Of a DNA stretch of 37,668 bases, positions 20,429 to 29,062 are shown in pieces (the stretch's first letter is position 1; each line of letters starts with the position of its first letter). The notes under the pieces are model-generated. The model saw only the letters and a list, made by a program, of their open reading frames with translations, was not told the origin of the DNA and did no database searches. The DNA lies in assembly GCA_016839445.1 (NCBI GenBank), contig JAEOUG010000065.1, positions 1-37,668 of the forward strand, given 5' to 3'. Source of the stretch: Candidatus Thorarchaeota archaeon (lineage in GTDB: Archaea; Asgardarchaeota; Thorarchaeia; Thorarchaeales; Thorarchaeaceae). A program made the translations under genes and the position numbers.

Positions 20429-20740
20429 GTGTCCGAGCTCAAGTGTTGTAAGAGATGTGGTGCCTTCTACACCTGCACGCACAAGGGCGAATGCTGCCCT
20501 GAGTGCCAGTGGTATGATCCCTCAGACAATGTCTGTCTGGCACTGCCCGAAAAGAAGAGGTTGAAGCGCCGGGAATCAGTGGAAGAGGGTAGTCCCGAAC
20601 TCGACCCGGAGACCTTCCTCTTCGAGGACGATGATGAGGACGAAGACCTGGATGTAGCCGAAGATGCGGGCCTCTCTGATGATGATGATGACGAGGACCT
20701 GGATGAAGACTTCGACATCGATCTGGATGAGGACTGGTAG
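20429..20740 (+). CDS. Small Cys-rich (putative Zn-binding) protein with long acidic tail
   Basis: GTG at 20429 after AGGTG; CCKRC-x4-C-x5-CCPEC-x8-C, basic KKRLKRR, then an Asp/Glu tail ending DEDW. Confidence 0.7.
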   Translation: MSELKCCKRCGAFYTCTHKGECCPECQWYDPSDNVCLALPEKKRLKRRESVEEGSPELDPETFLFEDDDEDEDLDVAEDAGLSDDDDDEDLDEDFDIDLDEDW

Positions 20741-20742
20741 CT

Positions 20743-21525
20743 CTAGGTTGGGAGATTCAGGAAGTACAGCCCCAGCAGCGCAACTGCTACCCACACAAGT
20801 CCTGTAGCATGACCCACGAGCCAGTTGCGAGCCCCTTTCTTACCTATCTTGATTGGCCCAAGGGGTTTCAATCCTGCCGGTGCACTCTGATCCGGATCTA
20901 CTGCTCTCCATACTATCTCCAGCGGGTTTGCATCACTTGGGAAAATGTCCAGATAGAGATGCGAGGCATATCCAAGAAGGAAGAGGGCTGTGACATAGTA
21001 CTCGACCTCAGCACCTACTGCAAGGGGAGAGCCGGCATCCGCTATCCGAGCTGCTACACTAACGATTGTAGTCATCGTGACAAGAAGAGGCAAGATCATG
21101 CTGTGGAAAATGATGTTGCGATGACGCGAGATACCCAGGAAAGGAATGTCCCAATCGGGCATGAGTGCCCCGGTGACTGTTATCAGGGCCCCAATGAAGA
21201 TGGAGATGTTGCCATAGACCGCGACGCCAGTGGTATACTGGTAGACGAGGGTGCCACCAAGCGAGCCCAGACAGAACAATACAAAGGACATGGCGCCTAC
21301 AGCCCCCTTGTTACTCGTGGTCCGAATCTTCATGTTCTTGTGGGGTGCTTTGTAGTAGAGTATGGGGACGCAGACAATCACTGCCACCACTCCACCCGCA
21401 CCATAGTAGAACATCAGTTCAGCCAGTGAGCCGAGGTCAGACATGTACACTGAGAAAGCGTAGAGCAACGTGTACAGGCCAACGAATAGCGAGAAAGCGA
21501 ACACCATGTGCGATACTCTGTTCAT
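20743..21525 (-). CDS. Membrane-bound metal-dependent hydrolase (YdjM/DUF457-like)
   Basis: N-terminal SH, PDWD, HRNIIFHS and GYASHLYLD motifs within multiple TM helices. Confidence 0.7.
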   Translation of the reverse strand: MNRVSHMVFAFSLFVGLYTLLYAFSVYMSDLGSLAELMFYYGAGGVVAVIVCVPILYYKAPHKNMKIRTTSNKGAVGAMSFVLFCLGSLGGTLVYQYTTGVAVYGNISIFIGALITVTGALMPDWDIPFLGISRHRNIIFHSMILPLLVTMTTIVSVAARIADAGSPLAVGAEVEYYVTALFLLGYASHLYLDIFPSDANPLEIVWRAVDPDQSAPAGLKPLGPIKIGKKGARNWLVGHATGLVWVAVALLGLYFLNLPT

Positions 21526-21572
21526 CGTGCCAAACTCCGCGAAGCCTAGCGAGCTCAGTGAGTACGACTATC

Positions 21573-23933
21573 TTATTTCTTTCCCCGTCGCAGGCCCGGA
21601 AACCAGTACTGTGTACTTCGTGAATAACTCCTTTGCTCCTTGGCGACTCCGGTTTCCACAAGCAGCGACAATGCCTTTCTTGCTCGCTCCTCAGTCCAGT
21701 TCAGCCCAACTACAACATCCTCGAAACTAAGATTCCCCTCCCGCTCCGCTGCGAGACCAAGTACTAGTTGAGGATCGTCAGTGAGCGCAACTGGCACGAA
21801 TTCCACAAGAAGCGCGCCTCCCTCAAGTGTTGAGAGGCCTTGGATCAGCCCTTCACCAGACATATCGTTGATAATGCTCTCAACCTCGTCACTTTCAGTT
21901 GCCCACCCGAGATTGTCAAGTCGAACAAGAAGCTCGGAAAGCAACATGATCCCTCCAGACTGCTTGGACTCCTCGGCTGTGCGGAGGATGTCCCTCCTCA
22001 AACCGTCTCTCCGGTCGTCCCTCTTCAATAGCCTTCGAACCATGCCTTGCTGCTTCTTTGCCTCTGCTATCCAGGCTTCTGGCTCGTATCCGAGCTCAGT
22101 AAGCAGCTCGGAAAGCGCGCTGCGATATGCAGGGATGGATAGGAGGGTCTGCCCCTGCGTCTCAAAGGCTTCTCCAAGTCGCTCGCGAATGACGTCGAGT
22201 CTCCTAGCGCGGTCAACGAGCTCGTCCAGGCGGGCTGCCACTTGCTCCTCGTGCGAGAGGGGTGTCAGAACGATAGGGATGGTCACATCATCAACAGCAT
22301 CAAGGACGAATTCAAAGACACGATCGGAGTGTCCTCTTGCTCTCACAGTACCCTCGTAGCGGCTCTTGGGAAGGAAGGTCTCAACGATGCCCCTTCTGTC
22401 CGACTCAAGGACCAACGCGCCAAGTTCAACCTCTGCACCCTCAACTGCTCGGCCTGACTCATCGTGTATGTGGAATCTCACCCTACAGCCTGAACCGTCA
22501 ATGGGAGAAATCGTGTGCCGCCGAGTCCGTTTTCTCAGGCGCCCCTCAGGAATCGAGGAAATCATCTTCTCGAGATCTTCGAGCATCTGAGGCTTCAGTA
22601 GACCATCAGCTACAAGGGAGCGGGCTCCATCAAGAATGATCCTTCGAGAGGACTTCAATGACAAGAGATTGTGCTGACTTGACAACTCCCGAATGCGTTT
22701 CCTGAAGGTGACATCTGTGTTGGCATAGTCCTCGAGCATGGCTCTCAGGGCGTCTATGGCGTGGGACGAGGACGTGAACGTATCAACGAAGTCCTTCCTT
22801 CGCCCTATGGCTTCGTCGGTGTCTACGAGATGAGAAGGTGGATAAACGCGAACCTGGAGAAGGCCCTTCTTCGTATAACCCACAATTACGAACGGAACAA
22901 GTAGGCTTGTGTCAGTTCCTTCAGAGTCTAGGCTGGCAGTAATGGAGATGTTTGCGATATCGCGCTCCAATCGATCGATTGCCTTCTTGGCCTGCTCAGC
23001 CTTGGCCTTCAAGTTCTCTGACTCTGATAGGATCTTCTTAGAGCTCTCTCCGATAGAGCCCGAGATGGATTCTCTGCGGCCCAGGTCTCTTTTGAGAGCG
23101 GTCTTCCGGGCATCCAGAGTCCTCATGACGTCTTCTTCCTTGGAAGAGTCTGATCCTGAGGATCGAACCCGCACTAGTTCTGCTTCAAGCCGCTCTATCT
23201 GGTCTTCGAGGGATGAGATTCGTTGCTCCAGTCTTGACAATGCAGGACCTGCATCGGCTTCGAGGACTCCGACGATGGACTCGACCTTTCTAGATATCCT
23301 AGCAGGGATTTCATCTACTAGCAGAGGGCCAGATTCCAACGACTCCATAGTGGTTCGTATCTGTTCAACTGCGGCATCAAAGTCCTGGGACTGCAGAATC
23401 CCAGGAAGTAGTATCGAATAGTCCTCTGTGTCTTGTCGAGAGGGGCGCTCTATGAAACGGGCCACACCCGGGGCAAGAAGGCCGCTCAGCAGTCCGAGGA
23501 ATGAACGGTCCTCGGACAGACTGATCTTGTCTAGCTCAGCATTCGCACGTTCGATGCAAGCAAGTACATCCTTGGAGTCTCGCGCATCCTTAAGGCAGTT
23601 CTCTATGTCCTGGCAATCTATCCGAGGGACTATTCTAAGGGACTCACTAGCTATTCCTACTTGCTCAATGAGACAGTGACGTCCTGAGCTTGAGGCAGGA
23701 ATCAGTACGACAGGAAGGTACCCCTTGAGAAGGAACTCCAGGTCCCTTCCCTCACTCTCCTCGATGGCCCTGATCGTCATCGAGGCCAGGAAGTATTCCT
23801 CTGGTACAGCCTGCTCCATAGGTTGACCGCCCGCCAGCTGCAGCTTCCTAGTGGCTGCGGCTGGAACAATGAGTCTTCGGCGGTCCATCTTCCTAAGTAT
23901 CTCCGAAGAGAGAACCAAGGCAATGCTTTTCAT
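21573..23933 (-). CDS. Multidomain protein: coiled coil + beta-sandwich + C-terminal ESCRT-II Vps22/Vps36 (EAP30)-like module
   Basis: C-terminal ~230 aa SGGIMLLSEL...VEFVPVALTDDPQLVLGLA...LNWTEERARKALSLLVETGVA...QYWFPGL parallels SNF8/Vps22 as recalled (NGGLITLEEL...QSVPAELNMDHTVVLQLA...LKWETERARQVLEHLLKEGLA...HYWLPAL). Start could be 23888 (MDRRR). Confidence 0.8.
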   Translation of the reverse strand: MKSIALVLSSEILRKMDRRRLIVPAAATRKLQLAGGQPMEQAVPEEYFLASMTIRAIEESEGRDLEFLLKGYLPVVLIPASSSGRHCLIEQVGIASESLRIVPRIDCQDIENCLKDARDSKDVLACIERANAELDKISLSEDRSFLGLLSGLLAPGVARFIERPSRQDTEDYSILLPGILQSQDFDAAVEQIRTTMESLESGPLLVDEIPARISRKVESIVGVLEADAGPALSRLEQRISSLEDQIERLEAELVRVRSSGSDSSKEEDVMRTLDARKTALKRDLGRRESISGSIGESSKKILSESENLKAKAEQAKKAIDRLERDIANISITASLDSEGTDTSLLVPFVIVGYTKKGLLQVRVYPPSHLVDTDEAIGRRKDFVDTFTSSSHAIDALRAMLEDYANTDVTFRKRIRELSSQHNLLSLKSSRRIILDGARSLVADGLLKPQMLEDLEKMISSIPEGRLRKRTRRHTISPIDGSGCRVRFHIHDESGRAVEGAEVELGALVLESDRRGIVETFLPKSRYEGTVRARGHSDRVFEFVLDAVDDVTIPIVLTPLSHEEQVAARLDELVDRARRLDVIRERLGEAFETQGQTLLSIPAYRSALSELLTELGYEPEAWIAEAKKQQGMVRRLLKRDDRRDGLRRDILRTAEESKQSGGIMLLSELLVRLDNLGWATESDEVESIINDMSGEGLIQGLSTLEGGALLVEFVPVALTDDPQLVLGLAAEREGNLSFEDVVVGLNWTEERARKALSLLVETGVAKEQRSYSRSTQYWFPGLRRGKK

Positions 23934-23992
23934 ACTTTCTTATAGAGATTCAAGTCGCGCCCTGTGCCAACATGCCGATGGAAGGTCTCAGA

Positions 23993-24376
23993 ATGAGCGA
24001 GGAAAACCATCTCCTTCTTCCGTATTGCCCCTACTGCGGCAACTACAAGGGAGTCGGAGTATGCCCCGATAGGAATTGCCATGGACACAGCCAAGAGAAG
24101 CTCATGTCATACAGCGCCTCCAAGATCGAGACACAGCCCAAGGACCGCAGAGGAATGTGTGCAATATGCGGAGAAGTGGCTGTCAGCATCTGTGGCTCTT
24201 GCTACGGGTTCTATTGTGAGAAGCACAGCCAGGGCCGAGAAAGAGAAACGCTTGACTCTATGAACCAAAGGCTCGGCACATGCGCCGTGTGTGGAAGGCT
24301 GGTATGTGAGCATTGCTGGATTCTTGACAAGAAAGGCAAGATTATGTGTCTTCAGCATCTTGAGCATGTCCGATAG
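23993..24376 (+). CDS. Multi-zinc-finger protein (B-box/AN1-like Cys/His pattern)
   Basis: CPYC-x7-CPDRNC, CAIC-x7-CGSC-x4-CEKH, CAVC-x4-CEHC-x10-CLQH. Alternative start at 23972. Confidence 0.7.
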   Translation: MSEENHLLLPYCPYCGNYKGVGVCPDRNCHGHSQEKLMSYSASKIETQPKDRRGMCAICGEVAVSICGSCYGFYCEKHSQGRERETLDSMNQRLGTCAVCGRLVCEHCWILDKKGKIMCLQHLEHVR

Positions 24377-24474
24377 CAGAGCACCATAGTCCTTCTCTAG
24401 GTCTGTGGAGCAATCTAGCTACGTAGGGGTCAAACTAATATGCCCTAGGTACATTTCCGAGGTCGGGACAGGAT

Positions 24475-25590
24475 ATGCCAGAAGCAACCTTTGTAGTCCA
24501 ACTTGATGACCTGCATGGCTTCGTAGTGAAGCATCGCCATCCCGCGAAACTCACACTGAATGAGAGGATTCTCAATCTGCTCTTCTATGAGCAGCAGAAA
24601 GCGACTCGTGAAGAGGTGAGCTACGCGGAGATAGAGGGGTTGAAATTCATCACCTACAGCTCTCCCGCATATCCTGGAATGATGGTATGCTCCATTCTCG
24701 GCCCTGACGAAACCGTGGCGGACGTTCGCAACGAAGTGTCAGGTTCCGGCAGATTGATTCTGGCCCTCATGGCCGATGATCCTGAGGCTGTAGACTTGGC
24801 CGAGATCCTCAAGAGTGGTAAGACACTCTCGGGGCTAACGGACGAGCAGAGATTCGCAGAGATCTTCTTGACACCATCATCCGCTCTTCTTCTCGAGAGG
24901 ATGCAAACAGAGGGCGTTGAGAAGTCAGCCAAGCTCTCAATCTGGTTGAAGAGCCAAACACAGAGCGACGAAGTGGACATCCGTGAGGCTATGGACCCTC
25001 TAATGAAATCAGGCGTAGTAAGGGTCGAGATGGTTGGGAAGACAGCGGAAACAGTATTCCTAGTGAAAGACCTCTTCGGATTCAGAGAACCTCCCGTCGA
25101 GTCTGTGGCAAAGGCAATAGAGATGATGCCATCAATGGCGCAGAAGTATCGCAGCTTCGTGGCCGAGTTCTTCTCTCCACCACCTCCGAACAAGGGCTAC
25201 AATCCGACGATTCCTGTGTATGACCCCAACTCCCCCATATTGGAGGACCGAGAGCACATCTCAAAGCTACTCTCAGACAGGCTTCACTTCATGGTTCTGG
25301 ACTGCCTCAGGGAGCAACCACTCACTGCGGCCCAGATCTCAGAGAAGACCGCCCTTCCAGAGGCGGCTGTCATGAAAGTCCTCTGGTCACTGGAATCAGA
25401 GAAGGTCGCGGTCAGATTCGAGGAAGAGGATGTCTGGGCCCTCCTGACGAACCCAAGAATCCAGGCGTTCATGCCCGAGTATCTATTGCCTATAGTTGCG
25501 AAGAAGCTATCAGAGAAAGAGATTTCACCGGAGGCTGCTCGCCGACATATCCAACTCCTAATAGAGAACTGGGGTGAACAGAGTGATTAG
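24475..25590 (+). CDS. Putative longin/uDENN-like domain + two winged-helix domains
   Basis: N-terminal FVVQLDDLHGFVVKHRHP beta-hairpin pattern; WH-like segments DIREAMDPLMKSGVVRVE and LDCLREQPLTAAQISEKTALPEAAVMKVLWSLESEKV. The CDS is secure; the fold call is inference. Confidence 0.6.
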   Translation: MPEATFVVQLDDLHGFVVKHRHPAKLTLNERILNLLFYEQQKATREEVSYAEIEGLKFITYSSPAYPGMMVCSILGPDETVADVRNEVSGSGRLILALMADDPEAVDLAEILKSGKTLSGLTDEQRFAEIFLTPSSALLLERMQTEGVEKSAKLSIWLKSQTQSDEVDIREAMDPLMKSGVVRVEMVGKTAETVFLVKDLFGFREPPVESVAKAIEMMPSMAQKYRSFVAEFFSPPPPNKGYNPTIPVYDPNSPILEDREHISKLLSDRLHFMVLDCLREQPLTAAQISEKTALPEAAVMKVLWSLESEKVAVRFEEEDVWALLTNPRIQAFMPEYLLPIVAKKLSEKEISPEAARRHIQLLIENWGEQSD

Positions 25591-26434
25591 AAGCGTCTAT
25601 GTTCTCGGCGAACAAGGGAACATGATATACTCCAAGGACTATGCCAAGAGTGAGCACAAGGATAGCCTAGTGGAGTTCCTCGTGAACCTTTCACAGTTCC
25701 TCAGGACAGTTGACCTTGAGGAGAAGACCGAGCATATGAGCGCCGCAGTTTCAAGGATATTCTACACCAAACGAAATCCGTTCACCTTCATGTTCGTGGC
25801 CGACAAGGCAGACGACGCCACACAGATAGACGAAAAGATGGGACAGATGGTTGACTTCTTCATGAAGGACTACGCCAACCTGGCCCTCGCGAACCAACCT
25901 CTTGATGGCTTCGACGAGAAGGTCGACGAGATTGCTGTCACCATGGTCAAAGTGGCAATCCTTGGCTTCGCAGGCGTTGGCAAGACAACCACCCTCCACC
26001 TCCTCCGTGGAGAGACCCTACCACTCGTACACGACCCGACGATAGGCGTTTCAATCAAGAAGTTGCCTGAGGAAGTTGAGAACGCCAACATCGTGCTCTG
26101 GGACCTAGCAGGGCAGAGCCGCTTCAGCATACTGTGGGCCAAGATGATAGCCAATGCGCAAGTAGTCATCATCGTCACAGATAGTACTCTGGAGAATGTT
26201 CTCCGTAGCAAGAAACTAGTGACGCTTGTCAAGGAGGAAGTCCCTGATGCGAAGGTCATTGGCATTGCGAACAAACAGGACCTTCCAACGGCGCTCACGC
26301 CAGAGCGAGTGGGCCAGATTCTCGGCATCCCAACCTACGAGCTTGTCGCCATCGATATCTCATACAGGGACCGCCTGATTTCAATCATCAGGAGAGCCAT
26401 TCTTGAGGGCAAGGCTGAGGCAAAGGCAGCCTAG
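25574..26434 (+). CDS. Longin-domain fused small GTPase (Arf-related)
   Basis: N-terminal IRSVYVLGEQGNMIYSKDY (sigma-adaptin/longin-like); G1 GFAGVGKT, G2 PTIG, G3 WDLAGQ, G4 ANKQDLP; overlaps the upstream stop (start 25574 or 25583). Confidence 0.85.
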   Translation: MNRVIRSVYVLGEQGNMIYSKDYAKSEHKDSLVEFLVNLSQFLRTVDLEEKTEHMSAAVSRIFYTKRNPFTFMFVADKADDATQIDEKMGQMVDFFMKDYANLALANQPLDGFDEKVDEIAVTMVKVAILGFAGVGKTTTLHLLRGETLPLVHDPTIGVSIKKLPEEVENANIVLWDLAGQSRFSILWAKMIANAQVVIIVTDSTLENVLRSKKLVTLVKEEVPDAKVIGIANKQDLPTALTPERVGQILGIPTYELVAIDISYRDRLISIIRRAILEGKAEAKAA

Positions 26435-26502
26435 AAGATTCAGTCCAGCCGCGAAACCTTAAGTCTGCTCAGAACAGAGTCATACCCGGAAGGGAGAACC
26501 TG

Positions 26503-27276
26503 GTGAGTGTCGAAGACTCTGGAGACAAGGCAGATCTCAAGTGTATATTCTGCGGGAAGACCATCTCAGCTAAGGAGGCGGTCAGATACAGCGGAGCACT
26601 CTCATGTAATGACTGTGCGATGAAGCAGGAGCCAGTTAGGCAGTTCAATGAGCGACCGTACTACATCGCGGCTGCGATTGGCTGCCTGCTCGGTGTGCTA
26701 GCTATGGCATATGCTACAGTGCATGCCGCGCTTTATGCACAAGTTGGCCTAAGCTATTACTATCCACCCCTAGATCTCTACTTCATCTCGCTGATCGTGG
26801 CAGTCCCGTTGCAGTCACTAGGACTGTATGCTCTGAATCACAGTGAACCGAAAAGGGCGTCTCTTCTATTCCCAGTTCTTGGACTATTCGCCTGCATCGT
26901 ATTCGGGCTATCTCTCGCTGATTTCCTCATTGCAGGGCCATCATACGTAACCGAGGGGCATATTGACGTCTTCGCAAAGGGATACAGCTACTATCCCTCG
27001 GTGGGGACCGTTCTGGTTCTCTTCTACCTGGGGGCAGGATGCTCCATATTGCTTGAAACAGGTCGCAGCAAGATAGAGTACAGGTCTGTCGCGGCGGGAG
27101 GGCTATACCTACTTGCCAGCGGACTTCTGCTGTTTCCACTGGCGCTTCCTCCAGTCGGGTTCATTCACTCCACCATGTACTTCACCGCTCTGTTGTTCTT
27201 TTCGACGAAGAGAGATGTCAGAGAGCCGCAGCCACTGGAGACCTTGGGATACACACCTGTGGGCTCAGAGAGCTAG
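26503..27276 (+). CDS. Zn-finger (CxxC..CxxC) multi-pass membrane protein
   Basis: CIFCGK-x12-CNDC followed by about six hydrophobic helices; GGGAGA RBS. Confidence 0.7.
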   Translation: MSVEDSGDKADLKCIFCGKTISAKEAVRYSGALSCNDCAMKQEPVRQFNERPYYIAAAIGCLLGVLAMAYATVHAALYAQVGLSYYYPPLDLYFISLIVAVPLQSLGLYALNHSEPKRASLLFPVLGLFACIVFGLSLADFLIAGPSYVTEGHIDVFAKGYSYYPSVGTVLVLFYLGAGCSILLETGRSKIEYRSVAAGGLYLLASGLLLFPLALPPVGFIHSTMYFTALLFFSTKRDVREPQPLETLGYTPVGSES

Positions 27277-27363
27277 CCTTCCACCTTGAATCCGTCAAGA
27301 CAAAGGTTAAGAATGATTCAGAGGACAATTTCCTAGAACACAGGCCACGATAGGTGTGAAACC

Positions 27364-27957
27364 ATGTCTTTTGACCTTGATGAAATCGTGAAAAAGCTCA
27401 AAGAGATTGAAGGCTTTGCTGAGAACGTAGCAGAGACCAAGATGCTTGCGGATCAACTGGCAGCGAACTTCGCCAACATGAAGATGTCGCTGACCAAGAC
27501 GATGAACGACAGCTTCACTGAGATTGCCAATCAGATAGACACTCTCCGCAAGAACATGGAGAAGATGGAGAGCGTCAAGACCGAGGCCCCAAAAACGACC
27601 CCTCCGGTTAGTGAGCCAGCACCAACTCCGGCTCCTGAACCGGAGATTACGCCAGCTCCGGAACCTGAGCCAGAGCCAGAACCCGAACCCATGGCTACTC
27701 CTGAACCAGAGCCAGCTCCCACTCCTACAATGGAACCAACCCCAGAACCTGAGCCGGCCGCAGTGGCTGCACCGGCAGAGGGCAACGACCAGCTTGACTT
27801 CCTGCTCCAGCAGAAGGACAGACTGAAGGCCCAGCTGACCGATCTCAGATTCGACTACATGCGCGGTTACATTCCAGAAGATGAGTACAAGAGCAAGGAA
27901 GCTGATCTTGATTCTCAGCTCGAGGATCTTGACAAGCAGATTGGCGCTCTGAAGTAG
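27364..27957 (+). CDS. Coiled-coil protein with Pro/Glu linker and C-terminal SHOCT-like helical hairpin
   Basis: Heptad-rich N-terminus, (PE/PA)n linker, [25 protein letters not shown]; AGGTG RBS and GTTAAG TATA-like element near 27306. Confidence 0.75.
   Translation: MSFDLDEIVKKLKEIEGFAENVAETKMLADQLAANFANMKMSLTKTMNDSFTEIANQIDTLRKNMEKMESVKTEAPKTTPPVSEPAPTPAPEPEITPAPEPEPEPEPEPMATPEPEPAPTPTMEPTPEPEPAAVAAPAEGNDQLDFLLQQKDRLKAQLTDLRFDYMRGYIPEDEYKSKEADLDSQLEDLDKQIGALK
27610..27755 (+). repeat. Low-complexity Pro-Glu/Pro-Ala coding repeat
   Basis: Imperfect CCNGARCCN iterations encoding [26 protein letters not shown]. Confidence 0.7.
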
Positions 27958-28087
27958 AACAGCATCCAGAATCTATTACGGATGATGCGGCTACGAAAGG
28001 AGCCGCAACCCTCTTTTCTTGACAGACGCAATGATGATGCAGAAGAGAGGAGGCTAGCAGTGCCTCCCACTCAGGATGGTTTGCCCA

Positions 28088-29062
28088 TCACTTCTTACCC
28101 TTTTCGTATTCAGCCATCAGTTTCTTGGCATGCTCGATGTATGATGCAGCAGTGGTTTCTGCAACGCCAGCAACCTTCTCTGAGAGCTTCTTAACATCGG
28201 CTTTGGAAAGGGCTGCAACGGTCTTGAAGCCACCATCTCGAAGTGCCTCCGCCGTTTTTGGACCCACACCGTCAACGTCAGTGAGTTCAGGCTTTGTGAC
28301 CTTGGTCTTTTCTGCAGTCTTCGGCTTCGCGTCGGCTTTCTTCTCGTCCTTCTTTGGTTTGGACTCAGCCTTCTTTGGCCTGGGTTCATCCTTCTTCGCC
28401 GGCTTCTTCTCATCCTTCTTTGGCTTGGGCTCAGCCTTCTTCGCTGGTTTCTTCTCAGCCTTCTTTGGCTTGGGCTCAGCCTTCGTGGTCGGCTTCTTGA
28501 CTGGTTTCTTAGCCGCTTTCTCTTCCTTCTTCGGAGGCGCAGGTTCTGATTCAGGCTCAGTTTCCTCTGACTCGACGAGTGGTTCTACGATCACTTCAGG
28601 CCTCTTATCGCGTCGCTCCTTCTTCTCTCCGGCTTCTCGTCGCTTCCTCGCAAGTTTGCTGGGTTTGACCGCGCCAGGTGTAGCAGCTGCGGCAAGAGCC
28701 ACATCCATCTCATCAGTAATTACTGAACTGTCGGGAACAGATGAGGCGACCTCTTCCAATGCATCCGCTAGCATCACTGGGGCACCCACTTCGCGCTTCT
28801 TTAGCTCGCCGGGAGTCGTATAGACAACAAACCCACTCTCTTTGACGTAGGGGACAACTACTCCCTCGTTCTCTTTGTCTCTGAGTATCTTCCTGGCGAC
28901 GCTCATCCTCACGTTGAACCTATTGGCAATGTCATAGCATGTGACCGACCGTGCCTTCCGAAGGTACTCATCAATTCCCTCGAGCACTTCCTTCTTCGGA
29001 ATCGCATCTCGGATTGTTCTCTCGGTCTTGGTTGCTGACTTGCCCCACTTTTTACGACTGAT
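28088..29062 (-). CDS. rps25e: Ribosomal protein eS25 fused to Lys/Pro/Glu-rich linker and C-terminal helix-hairpin-helix domain
   Basis: Extending the frame upstream of the track start (28987) gives SRKKWGKS...VTCYDIANRFNVRMSVARKILRDKENEGVVVPYVKESGFVVYT, the eS25 KKW plus winged-helix pattern; C-terminus LTDVDGVGPKTAEALRDGGFKTVAAL...VAGVAETTA is a tandem HhH. Start inferred at ATC 29062. Confidence 0.8.
   Translation of the reverse strand: MSRKKWGKSATKTERTIRDAIPKKEVLEGIDEYLRKARSVTCYDIANRFNVRMSVARKILRDKENEGVVVPYVKESGFVVYTTPGELKKREVGAPVMLADALEEVASSVPDSSVITDEMDVALAAAATPGAVKPSKLARKRREAGEKKERRDKRPEVIVEPLVESEETEPESEPAPPKKEEKAAKKPVKKPTTKAEPKPKKAEKKPAKKAEPKPKKDEKKPAKKDEPRPKKAESKPKKDEKKADAKPKTAEKTKVTKPELTDVDGVGPKTAEALRDGGFKTVAALSKADVKKLSEKVAGVAETTAASYIEHAKKLMAEYEKGKK
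28340..28485 (-). repeat. ~45-bp imperfect tandem repeat encoding KKAEPKPKK(A/D)EKKPA
   Basis: CCTTCTTTGGCTTGGGCTCAGCCTTC recurs on the + strand; about three peptide units. Confidence 0.75.

Noticed and set aside
28125-28823. 232-aa plus-strand Phe/Ser/Gly-rich ORF that looks like a membrane protein
   Set aside because: Antisense mirror of the Lys/Pro/Glu repeat in the eS25 fusion.
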